A stretch of DNA of 64,000 nucleotides from Candidatus Latescibacterota bacterium (GTDB taxonomy: Bacteria; Latescibacterota; UBA2968), in assembly GCA_965204375.1 (NCBI GenBank), contig OZ241986.1, positions 5,984,001-6,048,000 on the forward strand. The letters run 5' to 3'. Every line of letters starts with the position of its first letter. The first letter of the stretch is position 1. Below are positions 38,963-48,592 of this stretch, piece by piece. The position numbers were made by a program, and so were the translations under genes. The notes under the pieces were generated by a model. It worked only from the letters and a program-made list of their open reading frames with translations. It had not been told where the DNA came from and ran no database searches.

Positions 38963-40000
38963 TCAGCCAATTAAATAACGATTTACACAAGCATCTAAAA
39001 GGCTGTCATAAATTTCTTCTCTCTTTTTTACATTGATATATTGCCTAATTTCAGGCCGGTAGATTTGCGCGGCGGTAGAACACATAATAGATAAATGCAT
39101 AGCAATGCAGACTTTTGCGAGCCTCGAGTAATCTATGCTCCTGACTGATTCATACCCACGAAAGAGAGGTTTCTTTCGAGTTTCTTCAGGCGAAACAACC
39201 TCCAGAGGTTCTTCTAGTTTCCAAATCGGCGTCGGCTCACAAAGAAAGTTGGTTAAGTCTAAATATGGGTCACCAAAATCCATTGCTTCTACATCGATAA
39301 TAGCAGATACATCCCAATTTTGCCTATGGTCCTTAGAAAATAAAATCTCAGCATCTGCTTTGTACAAGGAATGCTTTGTGAGTTTTAGCCAAGGTGCTTT
39401 TTGGATCAGATCTTTCGCTTCAGAAATAGCACTTAGACTCACCTGATATTGCCCATCCTCTACGCATCTCTCGAGGTTTTCTATTGACCGTAGCAGAGTC
39501 TGTATAAAGCTTTGATTGTCTTGAGAGGATTTTTCCAATCCATGAATCTGAGCGCACAAAGCACCTACTTGCTCTTGAATCTTCATTTTTTCTATAGAAT
39601 TAGTGCGGGGATTGTCCGAATGAGCAAGAAATTGCCAATGCTCTCCTGAAACATACTCCATTATGATGTAGTTAGTAGAAACGAGCTGTCTGGTGTGATC
39701 AGTATATAATATTTTCGGTACAGGCAAACTCAGTTCTTGGCTTAGAAGCCTATAAATACCTTCTTCATGGATATAGCGGTCCTCTCTATTTGGAAGATCC
39801 CGGAAAAAGCGAAACACATAGCTCTTAGTTGAATTATGGCAACATACATGGTAGCAAATATGTTGGGTACAACCATCTATTCTGGGTATTCCCTGCTCAG
39901 AAATAGGGGTAATTTTAGATACTGAACTTACTCTATGATTTGTACCAAATACCTGCTTACAAATCGAAACGATCACTTCTCTTCGAATCGTATCTATCAT
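38963..40000 (-). CDS. Aminoglycoside phosphotransferase/choline kinase-fold protein
   Basis: Likely start MIDTIRRE (40000); YVFRF, LPVPKIL, YIIMEYVSGE, AIIDVEAMDFGDPYLDL. Confidence 0.8.
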   Translation of the reverse strand: MIDTIRREVIVSICKQVFGTNHRVSSVSKITPISEQGIPRIDGCTQHICYHVCCHNSTKSYVFRFFRDLPNREDRYIHEEGIYRLLSQELSLPVPKILYTDHTRQLVSTNYIIMEYVSGEHWQFLAHSDNPRTNSIEKMKIQEQVGALCAQIHGLEKSSQDNQSFIQTLLRSIENLERCVEDGQYQVSLSAISEAKDLIQKAPWLKLTKHSLYKADAEILFSKDHRQNWDVSAIIDVEAMDFGDPYLDLTNFLCEPTPIWKLEEPLEVVSPEETRKKPLFRGYESVRSIDYSRLAKVCIAMHLSIMCSTAAQIYRPEIRQYINVKKREEIYDSLLDACVNRYLIG

Positions 40001-40074
40001 TTTGTTTAGTGCCCCTAAAAGAGTGCAATTGCTTAGGCAGAAAACCATTGGCAAAAATAAAAGGAGGGAGTAAA

Positions 40075-40254
40075 ATGGCAACCCATTCTGAAAAGCTAAC
40101 GGTACACGTAACATCTGGAGGTGGCCAGTATGTCGAAGCAAAAGAGCTACTCGCTAACCCCAAAGTTCAGGAAAAAATAAGAAAAATGGAAGGTCTATTT
40201 AAAAATAAACCGTCAAATGATACGCCATCGGAAGGCGGTGAATCGAGTGGGTAG
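40075..40254 (+). CDS. Small hypothetical protein (59 aa)
   Basis: Strong RBS AAGGAGG; MATHSEKLTVHVTSGGGQYVEAKELLANPKVQEKIRKM. Confidence 0.55.
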   Translation: MATHSEKLTVHVTSGGGQYVEAKELLANPKVQEKIRKMEGLFKNKPSNDTPSEGGESSG

Positions 40255-40283
40255 TCTTGGGTTGTGGAGGTTACCCTGTTTTA

Positions 40284-40392
40284 GATGCTGTTGCCGAATT
40301 CTGAATTCTGTTTAGACAGAGCTTGTATTCAAGTCACAAACAGCCGTTTTTACAACTGCTGACCACCTCTTGACCAATTCGGCAACAGCATC
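40284..40392. mobile_element. MITE: 109 bp, perfect 17-bp terminal inverted repeats, 6-bp flanking direct repeat GTTTTA
   Basis: gatgctgttgccgaatt (40284-40300) / aattcggcaacagcatc (40376-40392); gtttta at 40278-83 and 40393-98. Confidence 0.85.
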
Positions 40393-40434
40393 GTTTTAGT
40401 GGAGTATTTAGGGCTTGTGTATCAAGCCTGTGAT

Positions 40435-40563
40435 TGTTGCAGTTTTTCTTTGATGCGAATTTGGCTAACCCTCGACGCGTACCAGAAGGTGTTTATGGTG
40501 CTTGCGATATTCCCTGTTCTGGGGATGGTGGTGGGATTTGGAGTGCGGAAAAAGAAGGAGTGA
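40435..40563 (+). pseudogene. Displaced second copy of the MFS gene 3' end (frameshifted fragment)
   Basis: Encodes LQFFFDANLA/TLDAYQKVFMVLAIFPVLGMVVGFGVRKKKE* with a 1-nt insertion. Confidence 0.88.
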
Positions 40564-40565
40564 AG

Positions 40566-43500
40566 CTAACCCTCAACGATTTTTAATGTGCTGTTGCCGG
40601 CTGTTAGTTTTTCGACTCTGATCTGGGTTGTGATACGCTGCTTTAGAAGTTCGACATGCGAGATTACACCTACACTTTTGCTGTCCTGATGCAATCCTTC
40701 AAGAGCTCCAATGGCGAGGTCGAGAACCTCTGAATCCAGACTGCCAAAACCCTCATCAATAAAGAGCGATTCAATACGGACATTTCTTCCTGCCAATTCA
40801 GAAAGACCGAGTGCAAGTGCCAGGCTTGCAAGAAAACTTTCGCCGCCAGAAAGGCTGGCCATAGGTCGTGTGACGCTTGCCTGGTGCAAATCTTCGATTT
40901 CGATCTGGAGTTCTTCCTCTGTACGCCTCTGAATTCGGTACCGATCACTCAATCGGGTTAGATGTTGGTTGGCGTGGCGAATGAGTATATTCAGAGAAAT
41001 ACTTTGTGCATATCTGCGAAATTTTGCGCCATCGTGAGAGCCAATCAACAAACGCAAACGGTTCCAGATGGCGAAGTCTTTTTCTGCTTCTTCCAATAAT
41101 TTCTGCTGATCGACGAGTTTTTTACGGTTTTTGTCGTCATCTTCAATCTGTCTTTGCCGAGTTATAAGGTTTTCGATGAGTGTATCCCGATCATCTTGTA
41201 ATTTCTGATGTTCTAATTTGAACTGTTCTGCCTCATCTCCTTCTGGAATTTGGGCTTCTCGAAGAGGTTTGATAGTCTCTTTAGCAATTTGTAATCGAGT
41301 GGTTAGATCCGTGCCTCTGTTATTGAGATCTATTTCGATTTTTTCTATACGGTCGGCTTCTGCCTGATCCAATTTGGCAGCACGCAGGTCATCCAAATCT
41401 TGAAAATCGGATCCTTCCAAAGCCGATATAAGGCGTCCTCGAATTTTTTTCAGTGATTCTTGCGCGGCTTTTGTGTCTATTACTCTGGCATTGAGTTCAG
41501 ATTCTTGAATTTCTAATTTGGTCCTTTTATTTGTCCAATCCTTTTCTGCTTCCTCCACGCCAAGGCACTCAGGAACCTCATCCTCTCCATCAATATCTTC
41601 TGGTTCAATATCCTTGAGTTGTTCAAAAGCAGGGATATATTTCTCAAGCAAGACCTGTGCATTGTTTTCACCTTCTTGCGCTTTTTCGACCACTTCCTCT
41701 GCGTTATCACAATTATCCCTATGTGTTTGATACGCCTTTTCACGATTTTGAAGAGATTTTCGCGCCTTTTCCTCTTTGCCTGTCTCTGGTAATGTAACTC
41801 CAAACATGCTAAGGCTGTCGAGAAGCTCCGTTTCGCATTCTGTCCGATCTTGACATGCTTTTATAGTGACAGGTTGTTGAGAGATTAGTTTCTCGCGAGC
41901 CTCATAGAGCTTTAAAACCCGCTCGTTTTTGGCGTTACGCGTTTCCTCTGCTTTGGTGACTTCCGCCTCGAGTTCCTCAAATGGAAAACTCGGTTCCTGC
42001 CCTTCTGCATAAGGATGCTCAGTTGCACCACAAAGCGGACATGGTTCGCCTTTTACAAGGGAAGCGCGATGTGTATCGTGATCCGCAATTAATTGAGCTT
42101 TATGTAAATGATCCCTGCAACGTTTGAGATTTTTCTCAGCAGAAGTTCGCTCATCTTTAGCATTTTCAATTTCTTCTGCAAATTTTTCTACAATTGTATC
42201 GAGGATTGTTTTTAACTCGTCTTCTTTTGCCTTTTCAAGTAGCCACGGTTCTATCGCGTCAGATGTCAATACCGATGTTATGTCAGATACTTGTTCCCAT
42301 TTAATTTTTTTAATAACTATACCACTATATTTGCGTATCTCTGTCAATACAGATGTTGTATCACATACTTGTTCCCATTCTCGCTTGAGCGTTTCACGTC
42401 TGGATTTCAATTTTGCCAGATTAGCAGCAAGATCTGCGATGTGGCCTGAAAGATCGGCATCTATCTGGTGGGCTTCCAGCCACCCTTTTTCTGTTTTCAG
42501 TGTTTCATTAGCTTCACACGCACGGGTTTTGGCATCTTGGATTGTCGATTTTTGTTCGGCGATTTCATTTTGCAGGATTCTGTAATAATTTAATTTTGTC
42601 TGCTGAAGTTGTTCATATACTTCGTCGCGTTTATCTTGTGCTGCTTGTTTTCTTGCTTCATTAGTTTGTAGCGTATTTTCTGCATTTTGGAGGTGAATGA
42701 GATCATCCCGAAAGGGCGTTGTCTTTTGGTGTCTTTTGAGGAGTTGTAATTCGGATTTGGCGTCTTGGCGTTCTGTTTCCAAAACTTCTAAACCATTTGT
42801 TATTTTTTTATGTTTTGTTACTGCCGATTCGAGTTCATCAATTTTTCCAACAATTTTTGATTTTTTAGCGAGATCTTTTTCCAGCACACATTTTTTTTCT
42901 TTTAACTTGGTGATACGATCTTCGACTTCTTCGCGCTCTTCATCTTGAAGAATCTCAATTTGTTCGAGTACTTGCTGTTTGAGCTTTAGATCATTCTCAC
43001 GGCGCGTCGCTTCCTGGTGAGCACGGATACTAAGGTCTGAATAGATAGCTGTTCCCGTAAGGCACTCGAGAAGTGCTGCACGTTCATTTGCGTTGGATTT
43101 TAAGAACCGCGCAAACTCACCCTGCGCGAGCATGACGCTTCTTAAGAAACGGTCGTAATCAAGTCCTATCAGTTCCTCAATCTTCTCGTCGCACTCACGC
43201 ACTTTCTGTGTGAGCGTAGTGCCATCTATATCGTATATATAACGTTGTGGAGACTGGATTCTGCCATCTGCTTTACCGCGTGCGCGTCTTAGTTGCCAAA
43301 CGGCCGTGTACTTGCCTTCGGGGACTTCAAACTCAACTGCAGCAGAGCACTCCCCACAGCGGCGGCTCATCATGTTTTCAGGACTGGGCTGATTGCCATA
43401 ACGAGCAGCACGACCATAAAGAGCAAGGGTAATGGCATCGAGCAATGTTGACTTGCCAGAACCTGTTTGTCCAGTAATTGCAAACAGGCCTGCATTTGAC

Positions 43501-43580
43501 AAGGGTTCAACGGTCAGATCAATGGTGTGTTCACCGCGTAAAGAGTTCAGATTCTTGAGAATGATGCGTTGGATTTTCAT
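40566..43580 (-). CDS. sbcC: SMC-family exonuclease subunit SbcC
   Basis: ILKNLNSL, GQTGSGKS, MLAQGEF, zinc hook CPLCG, LSGGE, FIDEGFGSLD, GVISHV. Confidence 0.95.
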   Translation of the reverse strand: MKIQRIILKNLNSLRGEHTIDLTVEPLSNAGLFAITGQTGSGKSTLLDAITLALYGRAARYGNQPSPENMMSRRCGECSAAVEFEVPEGKYTAVWQLRRARGKADGRIQSPQRYIYDIDGTTLTQKVRECDEKIEELIGLDYDRFLRSVMLAQGEFARFLKSNANERAALLECLTGTAIYSDLSIRAHQEATRRENDLKLKQQVLEQIEILQDEEREEVEDRITKLKEKKCVLEKDLAKKSKIVGKIDELESAVTKHKKITNGLEVLETERQDAKSELQLLKRHQKTTPFRDDLIHLQNAENTLQTNEARKQAAQDKRDEVYEQLQQTKLNYYRILQNEIAEQKSTIQDAKTRACEANETLKTEKGWLEAHQIDADLSGHIADLAANLAKLKSRRETLKREWEQVCDTTSVLTEIRKYSGIVIKKIKWEQVSDITSVLTSDAIEPWLLEKAKEDELKTILDTIVEKFAEEIENAKDERTSAEKNLKRCRDHLHKAQLIADHDTHRASLVKGEPCPLCGATEHPYAEGQEPSFPFEELEAEVTKAEETRNAKNERVLKLYEAREKLISQQPVTIKACQDRTECETELLDSLSMFGVTLPETGKEEKARKSLQNREKAYQTHRDNCDNAEEVVEKAQEGENNAQVLLEKYIPAFEQLKDIEPEDIDGEDEVPECLGVEEAEKDWTNKRTKLEIQESELNARVIDTKAAQESLKKIRGRLISALEGSDFQDLDDLRAAKLDQAEADRIEKIEIDLNNRGTDLTTRLQIAKETIKPLREAQIPEGDEAEQFKLEHQKLQDDRDTLIENLITRQRQIEDDDKNRKKLVDQQKLLEEAEKDFAIWNRLRLLIGSHDGAKFRRYAQSISLNILIRHANQHLTRLSDRYRIQRRTEEELQIEIEDLHQASVTRPMASLSGGESFLASLALALGLSELAGRNVRIESLFIDEGFGSLDSEVLDLAIGALEGLHQDSKSVGVISHVELLKQRITTQIRVEKLTAGNSTLKIVEG

Positions 43581-44824
43581 GCGTTTGTGCCTTCTGTTTC
43601 ATAGAGGTCAAGTAGTTGAGCAAAAGCAATTTTAAGTTCCTGTTTATGTTCTTTATCCATATTGGGTTCTTGTTCCAGTCGATGCTCGAATACCTTTGTG
43701 GGATCATCGAGAAGTGTTTCGATGTCTTCGTTACCTACGGGGGGCTCTGGCAGAGTCGCACCTTCTCGCAATACTTTTAACACTTTAAATTCCCGCTTTG
43801 CTACCAAACTCTGTACGGCTTCGTTGATATCCTCGCCAAAGCCTGCATCTTTGACAACAACCTCGACCCAGGTTTCCAATTCGCCAGTGTCAGGATTAAA
43901 ATTGCTGATGGCTTCTGATAGGTCATCCCACGATGTGCGAGTCTGGGTCAATCTGCGGAATACAGGCACCGGAATGGGTGTTTGCGTTTTTAAGGTGCCG
44001 TCTGCAAAATCGAGTATTTGAACCTCTTTGGTATCATTTGCTTCGCTAAAGCTCAATGCGATGGGAGAGCCGGAATAACATACGTGGTTATCTGGTGTTT
44101 GTGGACGGTGCAGATGTCCCAGGGCGACATAAGAAAAGATATCGGGAAATACGTCTGTGCTAACGGCACCAAGACCACCGATATGGATTTCTCTTTCGCT
44201 ATCCGTTTTTGAGGTACCCATGACAGTGAGATGGCCTGTTGCCAATATCGGTACACCCTTTTTAGACCATTTAGCTGTTGCTTCGGCGGTCTCCTCATAA
44301 CGCTTTTTAATGCCATCCGTGAGTGCCTGTTGAATATCGCTTTCATCCTGACCGGCATAGCCTTTTCTCAGGTCCTTGTCTCGTAAAAAGGGAATAGCTG
44401 CAATGACAAGGCGTGGATTGTCAGGTGAAGGCAAGACAATAAGGCGAGAGGCAGGATCTTCGGGCAAGAAACCCACGACATGGGCACCGAGTGCATGCAG
44501 TACCTGGCGCGGTGCTTCTAATTGTAATGGTGAATCATGGTTGCCTGCAGTGACGATGAGTGAACAGTTGGTGTTTTTGTAAAGTTGAGAAACAAAATCG
44601 TAATATCGAGTCTGTGCCAATTGAGGAGGGTTTGCGGAGTCGAATACATCGCCTGCAATGACCAGTACATCGACAGCACATTCGTCAATAATTTTGAGTA
44701 ACCAGTTGAGAAATAGCTCATGTTCTTCATCCCGTGGTTGATCATTTAATGTTTTTCCCAAATGCCAATCGGCTGTATGCAAGACGCGAAAAGTAGCATC
44801 GGATTTGTTGGTCAAATCGGTCAT
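43577..44824 (-). CDS. sbcD: Exonuclease subunit SbcD (Mre11-like)
   Basis: LHTADWHLG, AGDVFD, AGNHDS, GHL, ALGHLH, YSGSP. Confidence 0.95.
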   Translation of the reverse strand: MTDLTNKSDATFRVLHTADWHLGKTLNDQPRDEEHELFLNWLLKIIDECAVDVLVIAGDVFDSANPPQLAQTRYYDFVSQLYKNTNCSLIVTAGNHDSPLQLEAPRQVLHALGAHVVGFLPEDPASRLIVLPSPDNPRLVIAAIPFLRDKDLRKGYAGQDESDIQQALTDGIKKRYEETAEATAKWSKKGVPILATGHLTVMGTSKTDSEREIHIGGLGAVSTDVFPDIFSYVALGHLHRPQTPDNHVCYSGSPIALSFSEANDTKEVQILDFADGTLKTQTPIPVPVFRRLTQTRTSWDDLSEAISNFNPDTGELETWVEVVVKDAGFGEDINEAVQSLVAKREFKVLKVLREGATLPEPPVGNEDIETLLDDPTKVFEHRLEQEPNMDKEHKQELKIAFAQLLDLYETEGTNA

Positions 44825-45020
44825 AGTGTTATTTTCATTGAATCAGCAACTTAGGTTAGCGCGTTGCTGAATTTTGTGTAGTGGATGGTGGAGTTCCCAT
44901 AGCGTCGGGAAGACTGCCTATATGAGCCATTTCATACATCAAGGCGGTCTGGGATTGAATTATGCACACCCCTCACATAATTCCATTTTTGGATTAGGTC
45001 TAAGACCTTAAGCGGATATA

Positions 45021-45230
45021 TCACCCACGTTTATCCGGTATTCTTCGCGATTCCATCGCTGCGCCACTTATTTCAGCGACATTTCTATCGGGCCAGAGGT
45101 TTTGCTGCCATTTCGTATAATCGAATGGCTCTCGCAAGATCAAGCTGATAAATTTCTCAGCTTCAACGATACCCAAAACATCTACCAGTGCGCGTAGTCC
45201 CTGTACTCGTATTTCAGTATCGGTTCTCAT
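45021..45230 (-). CDS. Small putative antitoxin-like protein
   Basis: MRTDTEIRVQGLRALVDVLGIVEAEKFISLILREPFDYTKWQ resembles small proteins usually paired with PIN toxins (from recall). Confidence 0.6.
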   Translation of the reverse strand: MRTDTEIRVQGLRALVDVLGIVEAEKFISLILREPFDYTKWQQNLWPDRNVAEISGAAMESRRIPDKRG

Positions 45231-45293
45231 ATCTGATCTTTTTAGATAAGTCAATCCAGCATGGATATACACCCCATAACTTATTTGACACCA

Positions 45294-45806
45294 TTATATC
45301 GACGGCGCATGCCCACCAGCATCTTCGATTTTATCTGAAATATCGCAGGGGAAGGTGGCAAAAATTTTCGAGCTATCTATTGCAGAGATATGATTATAAA
45401 AATGAATCTGTCCTGACTCGTCACATATCCACACTTCACGGGCACCCCGGGCGAAGTACAGTTCTTTTTTTTCTTCTAACTCTGCCATAGAATTTGAAGG
45501 CGATCTGATTTCAATACAGATTTCTGGCGCGCTCTGATAAGGTGTTTCCAGGCCATTATTCTGAAAGAATTGTCTCGAAGCCCAGATTACATCGGCAACT
45601 TTTACACCTTTTGATGTCTGTACAGAACACTCGACAAAGGCGATGCCACTCTCACTGTGCTGGCCTAACATCATGGATAAGAGTGTCTGAATAAAGCCGT
45701 GTTTGTTTGATGCTGGACTCATGACGATATTTCCCCATTGATCCTGTTCAATTTTGTAAGGGAGGTCCTCAAGAGTTTTGTCTTCAAGGATTTCTGACCA
45801 TTTCAT
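45294..45806 (-). CDS. Uma2 (DUF820) family PD-(D/E)xK endonuclease
   Basis: MSPA..HG, VKVADV, APEICIEIRSPSN, KKELYFARGAREVW. Confidence 0.9.
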   Translation of the reverse strand: MKWSEILEDKTLEDLPYKIEQDQWGNIVMSPASNKHGFIQTLLSMMLGQHSESGIAFVECSVQTSKGVKVADVIWASRQFFQNNGLETPYQSAPEICIEIRSPSNSMAELEEKKELYFARGAREVWICDESGQIHFYNHISAIDSSKIFATFPCDISDKIEDAGGHAPSI

Positions 45807-45831
45807 GGTGGCTTACCTCCTCGCAGTAAAT

Positions 45832-46692
45832 TCAATCATCACCTAATAACTTCTGTGCGTTTTGATATGTGATTTTGTCAAATGCTTCTTTAGGTAAGTT
45901 CAGGCGCTGGAGATAGTCCATTAAGCGCGTGTCGAAATAATCCCTTCCAAATAACAGGCTGTCTTGAAATTCGATCAGGAATTGCCTGCCAAATGTTTCG
46001 TCTCTGCTGATTGCCGTCAGTCCCGATCCCGCGGAGAGGTCGGCGTATAGATTGTCGTATTGCCTGAGCATCTCGGGCACTTTGCCGCCCGGTTCAACCG
46101 GACCGTTGGGATAGGCTTCTTTGTCGAATTTGCCGTCGCCGGAAATGTGCGCCCAGAATCCAGGCGCATGGCCGATGAAATTGGTTTCGGGACATGCGAT
46201 AATCGCCCGTTCAAATGCTTCGATGCTACCGCCATACCACCAGTTTGGTCGCGGGTAATCCCCTCGCCCGTGATCGATGGGGTAGTCGAGATGGATGGTG
46301 ATCGGCAGGCCCAGTTCGCCGCAGACGTGGTACAGTCTGATGGCGTCTGGATCGTCGAATACGACTCGTACCTTTAGTTCGCTGGCAACCCGAATCCCGT
46401 GAATTTCTACGGCTGCTTTTAAGCGGTCAATCGCATCGGGCCGCTTTGGGTGTGGCATATATCCCAGTACAAATCGGTCAGGGGCTGTGCGTCCTACCTG
46501 TATCACGTCTTCGAGGGGGATGCACACGCCTGTTGGGGGCAATACTTTGTGATAACTGGGGCTGTATTCGTCTTCTGGCGCTTCCCAGGAAAAGAGCCAC
46601 ATCTGGTCGATGTTTTGCTCGTCCATGTTTTTCAATATTTTTTCGGCGTTGAATCCGTGCCAGTTCGGGTGATTGTGCGCGTCGATTAACAT
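45832..46692 (-). CDS. Amidohydrolase family 2 protein
   Basis: IDAHNH, ASELK, PITIH, FIGH, YADLSAGSG, LLFGRD. Confidence 0.88.
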   Translation of the reverse strand: MLIDAHNHPNWHGFNAEKILKNMDEQNIDQMWLFSWEAPEDEYSPSYHKVLPPTGVCIPLEDVIQVGRTAPDRFVLGYMPHPKRPDAIDRLKAAVEIHGIRVASELKVRVVFDDPDAIRLYHVCGELGLPITIHLDYPIDHGRGDYPRPNWWYGGSIEAFERAIIACPETNFIGHAPGFWAHISGDGKFDKEAYPNGPVEPGGKVPEMLRQYDNLYADLSAGSGLTAISRDETFGRQFLIEFQDSLLFGRDYFDTRLMDYLQRLNLPKEAFDKITYQNAQKLLGDD

Positions 46693-46704
46693 GTGAATCT
46701 CCTT

Positions 46705-47778
46705 TTAAACCAGATATGCGCCATCCCGGATGATTTGGCGTGTCTTCCCGTCTGCTGAAATCAACAGGAGTGACGCCACTTGTATCGGGCTGTCTTTGGC
46801 ATAGACGATGTCTTCGTGAACAATGTGCGCGGGGGACTTGAAATGTTCTGGTCCTATTGTGCCGCCGAGATGTTCGCTGCGTCCATAAGCCCAGTGAAAG
46901 CCCGCTTTTTCATCTTCTAAGACATTACCCCAGACAACGGCTTTTGGATTACATCCCAGGGCGAGTTCGGCGATGTTGCCGCGTATCGGGTCTTCCTCGA
47001 AATAGGTTTTGAAGCTCGCTGCCTGTGTTGTTTCTCCCGCGACATCTACTATCCGATTGTTCTCGACCCGAAATACGATGACGTCGCCATTATCACTGAC
47101 GGGTATTTCGCCTTCCGTGCGGCTCGGTTCACCCTTTTTTTCTCCTTCGTATGGTACCTGGAAGCTTTCGCCACTCGGCAAGTTGATGATGGGAAATGCC
47201 GAGTTTGCTTTTTCTCGGGGCAGTTGCCCGTCGTCTTTGTGGGCTTCTCGGTAGCGCAGGTCAACGGTCCATTTGTGTCCGGTGGAAAAAATAACCCGCG
47301 CGTATTCCGCTTCGGAGAGTGCGTCCATTAATATCTGGCAGCGTCGCGCCACTTCGGTATAATCTGCAGAGAGCGCGGTTTCTTCCATACGTCGGGCAAC
47401 GCCTGGCAATGATGCGGCGCGAAAATCATTGTGTGAACGCGCCCACATAGATAGCGGTGCTGTGGCGGAGAATTGCGTGAGTGCATTTACGATTGTCGCT
47501 CGTGTCAGGCCGTCCCGCAAGGGGATGGGGTCGCCTTTGTCGAGGGGCAAATTGCCATTGTGTGTACCGGTCGCGGGAAAGGTGATGAGGGGCAGGACGT
47601 CAAAGCCAATTTGTTCGCCGAGCGATCCCCAGGCCGCACGCCATTCGGCGGCCATTTCTCTGCGCTCGCGCCAGGTTTCGCTATCGCGCAGTTCACCGTG
47701 CGGGACATCGGCAATGACTGCTATTGTTTCGTCGGGTTCGGGATGAAATACATCTGTGAATAATTTGTGTAAGTCCAT
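46705..47778 (-). CDS. Aminopeptidase-like protein (M29/crocagin-type fold)
   Basis: INLPSGE, NIAELALGCN, LEDEK, HWAYGRSEH, VHEDIV. Confidence 0.75.
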   Translation of the reverse strand: MDLHKLFTDVFHPEPDETIAVIADVPHGELRDSETWRERREMAAEWRAAWGSLGEQIGFDVLPLITFPATGTHNGNLPLDKGDPIPLRDGLTRATIVNALTQFSATAPLSMWARSHNDFRAASLPGVARRMEETALSADYTEVARRCQILMDALSEAEYARVIFSTGHKWTVDLRYREAHKDDGQLPREKANSAFPIINLPSGESFQVPYEGEKKGEPSRTEGEIPVSDNGDVIVFRVENNRIVDVAGETTQAASFKTYFEEDPIRGNIAELALGCNPKAVVWGNVLEDEKAGFHWAYGRSEHLGGTIGPEHFKSPAHIVHEDIVYAKDSPIQVASLLLISADGKTRQIIRDGAYLV

Positions 47779-47779
47779 T

Positions 47780-48592
47780 TTACAAGTTGTCCAGTACAGC
47801 GCGCAGTTGCCGCACGCCTTTTAGCATTAGCTCTGGGGAGCCCCAGTGTTCGATGCTCACGTTGCCCGTATAGCCGTCTGATAAGACCATTTTGAGCAGG
47901 TCTTCGTATTTTATATTGCTTTCGCGAATGGGGTCCAGTTCTTTGTCGGGGTTGGGTTTGACGTGCAGATGGGTGATCCGCCCTTTGATCTGTTCGTATC
48001 CCTCGGGGATGGCTTGTTCGCCACATCCGATGCCGTTGTTCACGTCCCAGCAGAAGCTGAATCCCGATGTGTCGCCGAGGGCGTCGGCGACCATTCTCGC
48101 TTCCGCACAGGTGCCGGCAATGGTTGCGCCTTCGTTTTCCAGCGATAGGGTGACGCCTTCGCGTTCGGCTGTTTTGGCTATGGGGTCGAGAAATGGCACG
48201 ATGACGTCGAGATAATTCTCAACGCCGGGTCGATTTTCCCGGTCTCCTTTTCGCCGATTGGGATTCCACAGGGAAAATCCGCGGATGACGGTTGTATCAA
48301 ATGCTTTTGCGAGTTCGATCATGCGGTCAAACATGCGCTGGTGTTCGGATTTTTCTTCGTCGCTGTCGTGCGCGCATTTGCCCACGGGCGAGCCGACGGA
48401 CATGACGGTTACATTGTATTTTGCCAGTACGTCCTGGACGCGCTGCAGTTCGTCATTGTCGATTTCCTGTACGCGTTTGCCCCAGATGCCGCCGCGCAGT
48501 TCAATGCCCGTTGCACCTGCTTCTACGCCCAGGCGCACAGATTTATCAAAATCAGCTTTGTCGATTTCATCTGCAAAATAACACAGTTCCAT
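47780..48592 (-). CDS. Sugar phosphate isomerase/epimerase family protein
   Basis: Start MELCYFADEI after GGAGG; LSLENE, WDVNN, HLHVK, SIEH. Confidence 0.85.
   Translation of the reverse strand: MELCYFADEIDKADFDKSVRLGVEAGATGIELRGGIWGKRVQEIDNDELQRVQDVLAKYNVTVMSVGSPVGKCAHDSDEEKSEHQRMFDRMIELAKAFDTTVIRGFSLWNPNRRKGDRENRPGVENYLDVIVPFLDPIAKTAEREGVTLSLENEGATIAGTCAEARMVADALGDTSGFSFCWDVNNGIGCGEQAIPEGYEQIKGRITHLHVKPNPDKELDPIRESNIKYEDLLKMVLSDGYTGNVSIEHWGSPELMLKGVRQLRAVLDNL

Noticed and set aside
40566-44824. Wadjet/Lamassu SMC defence system
   Set aside because: Zinc hook plus Mre11-type partner is standard SbcCD; no JetABD or Lmu effector genes.
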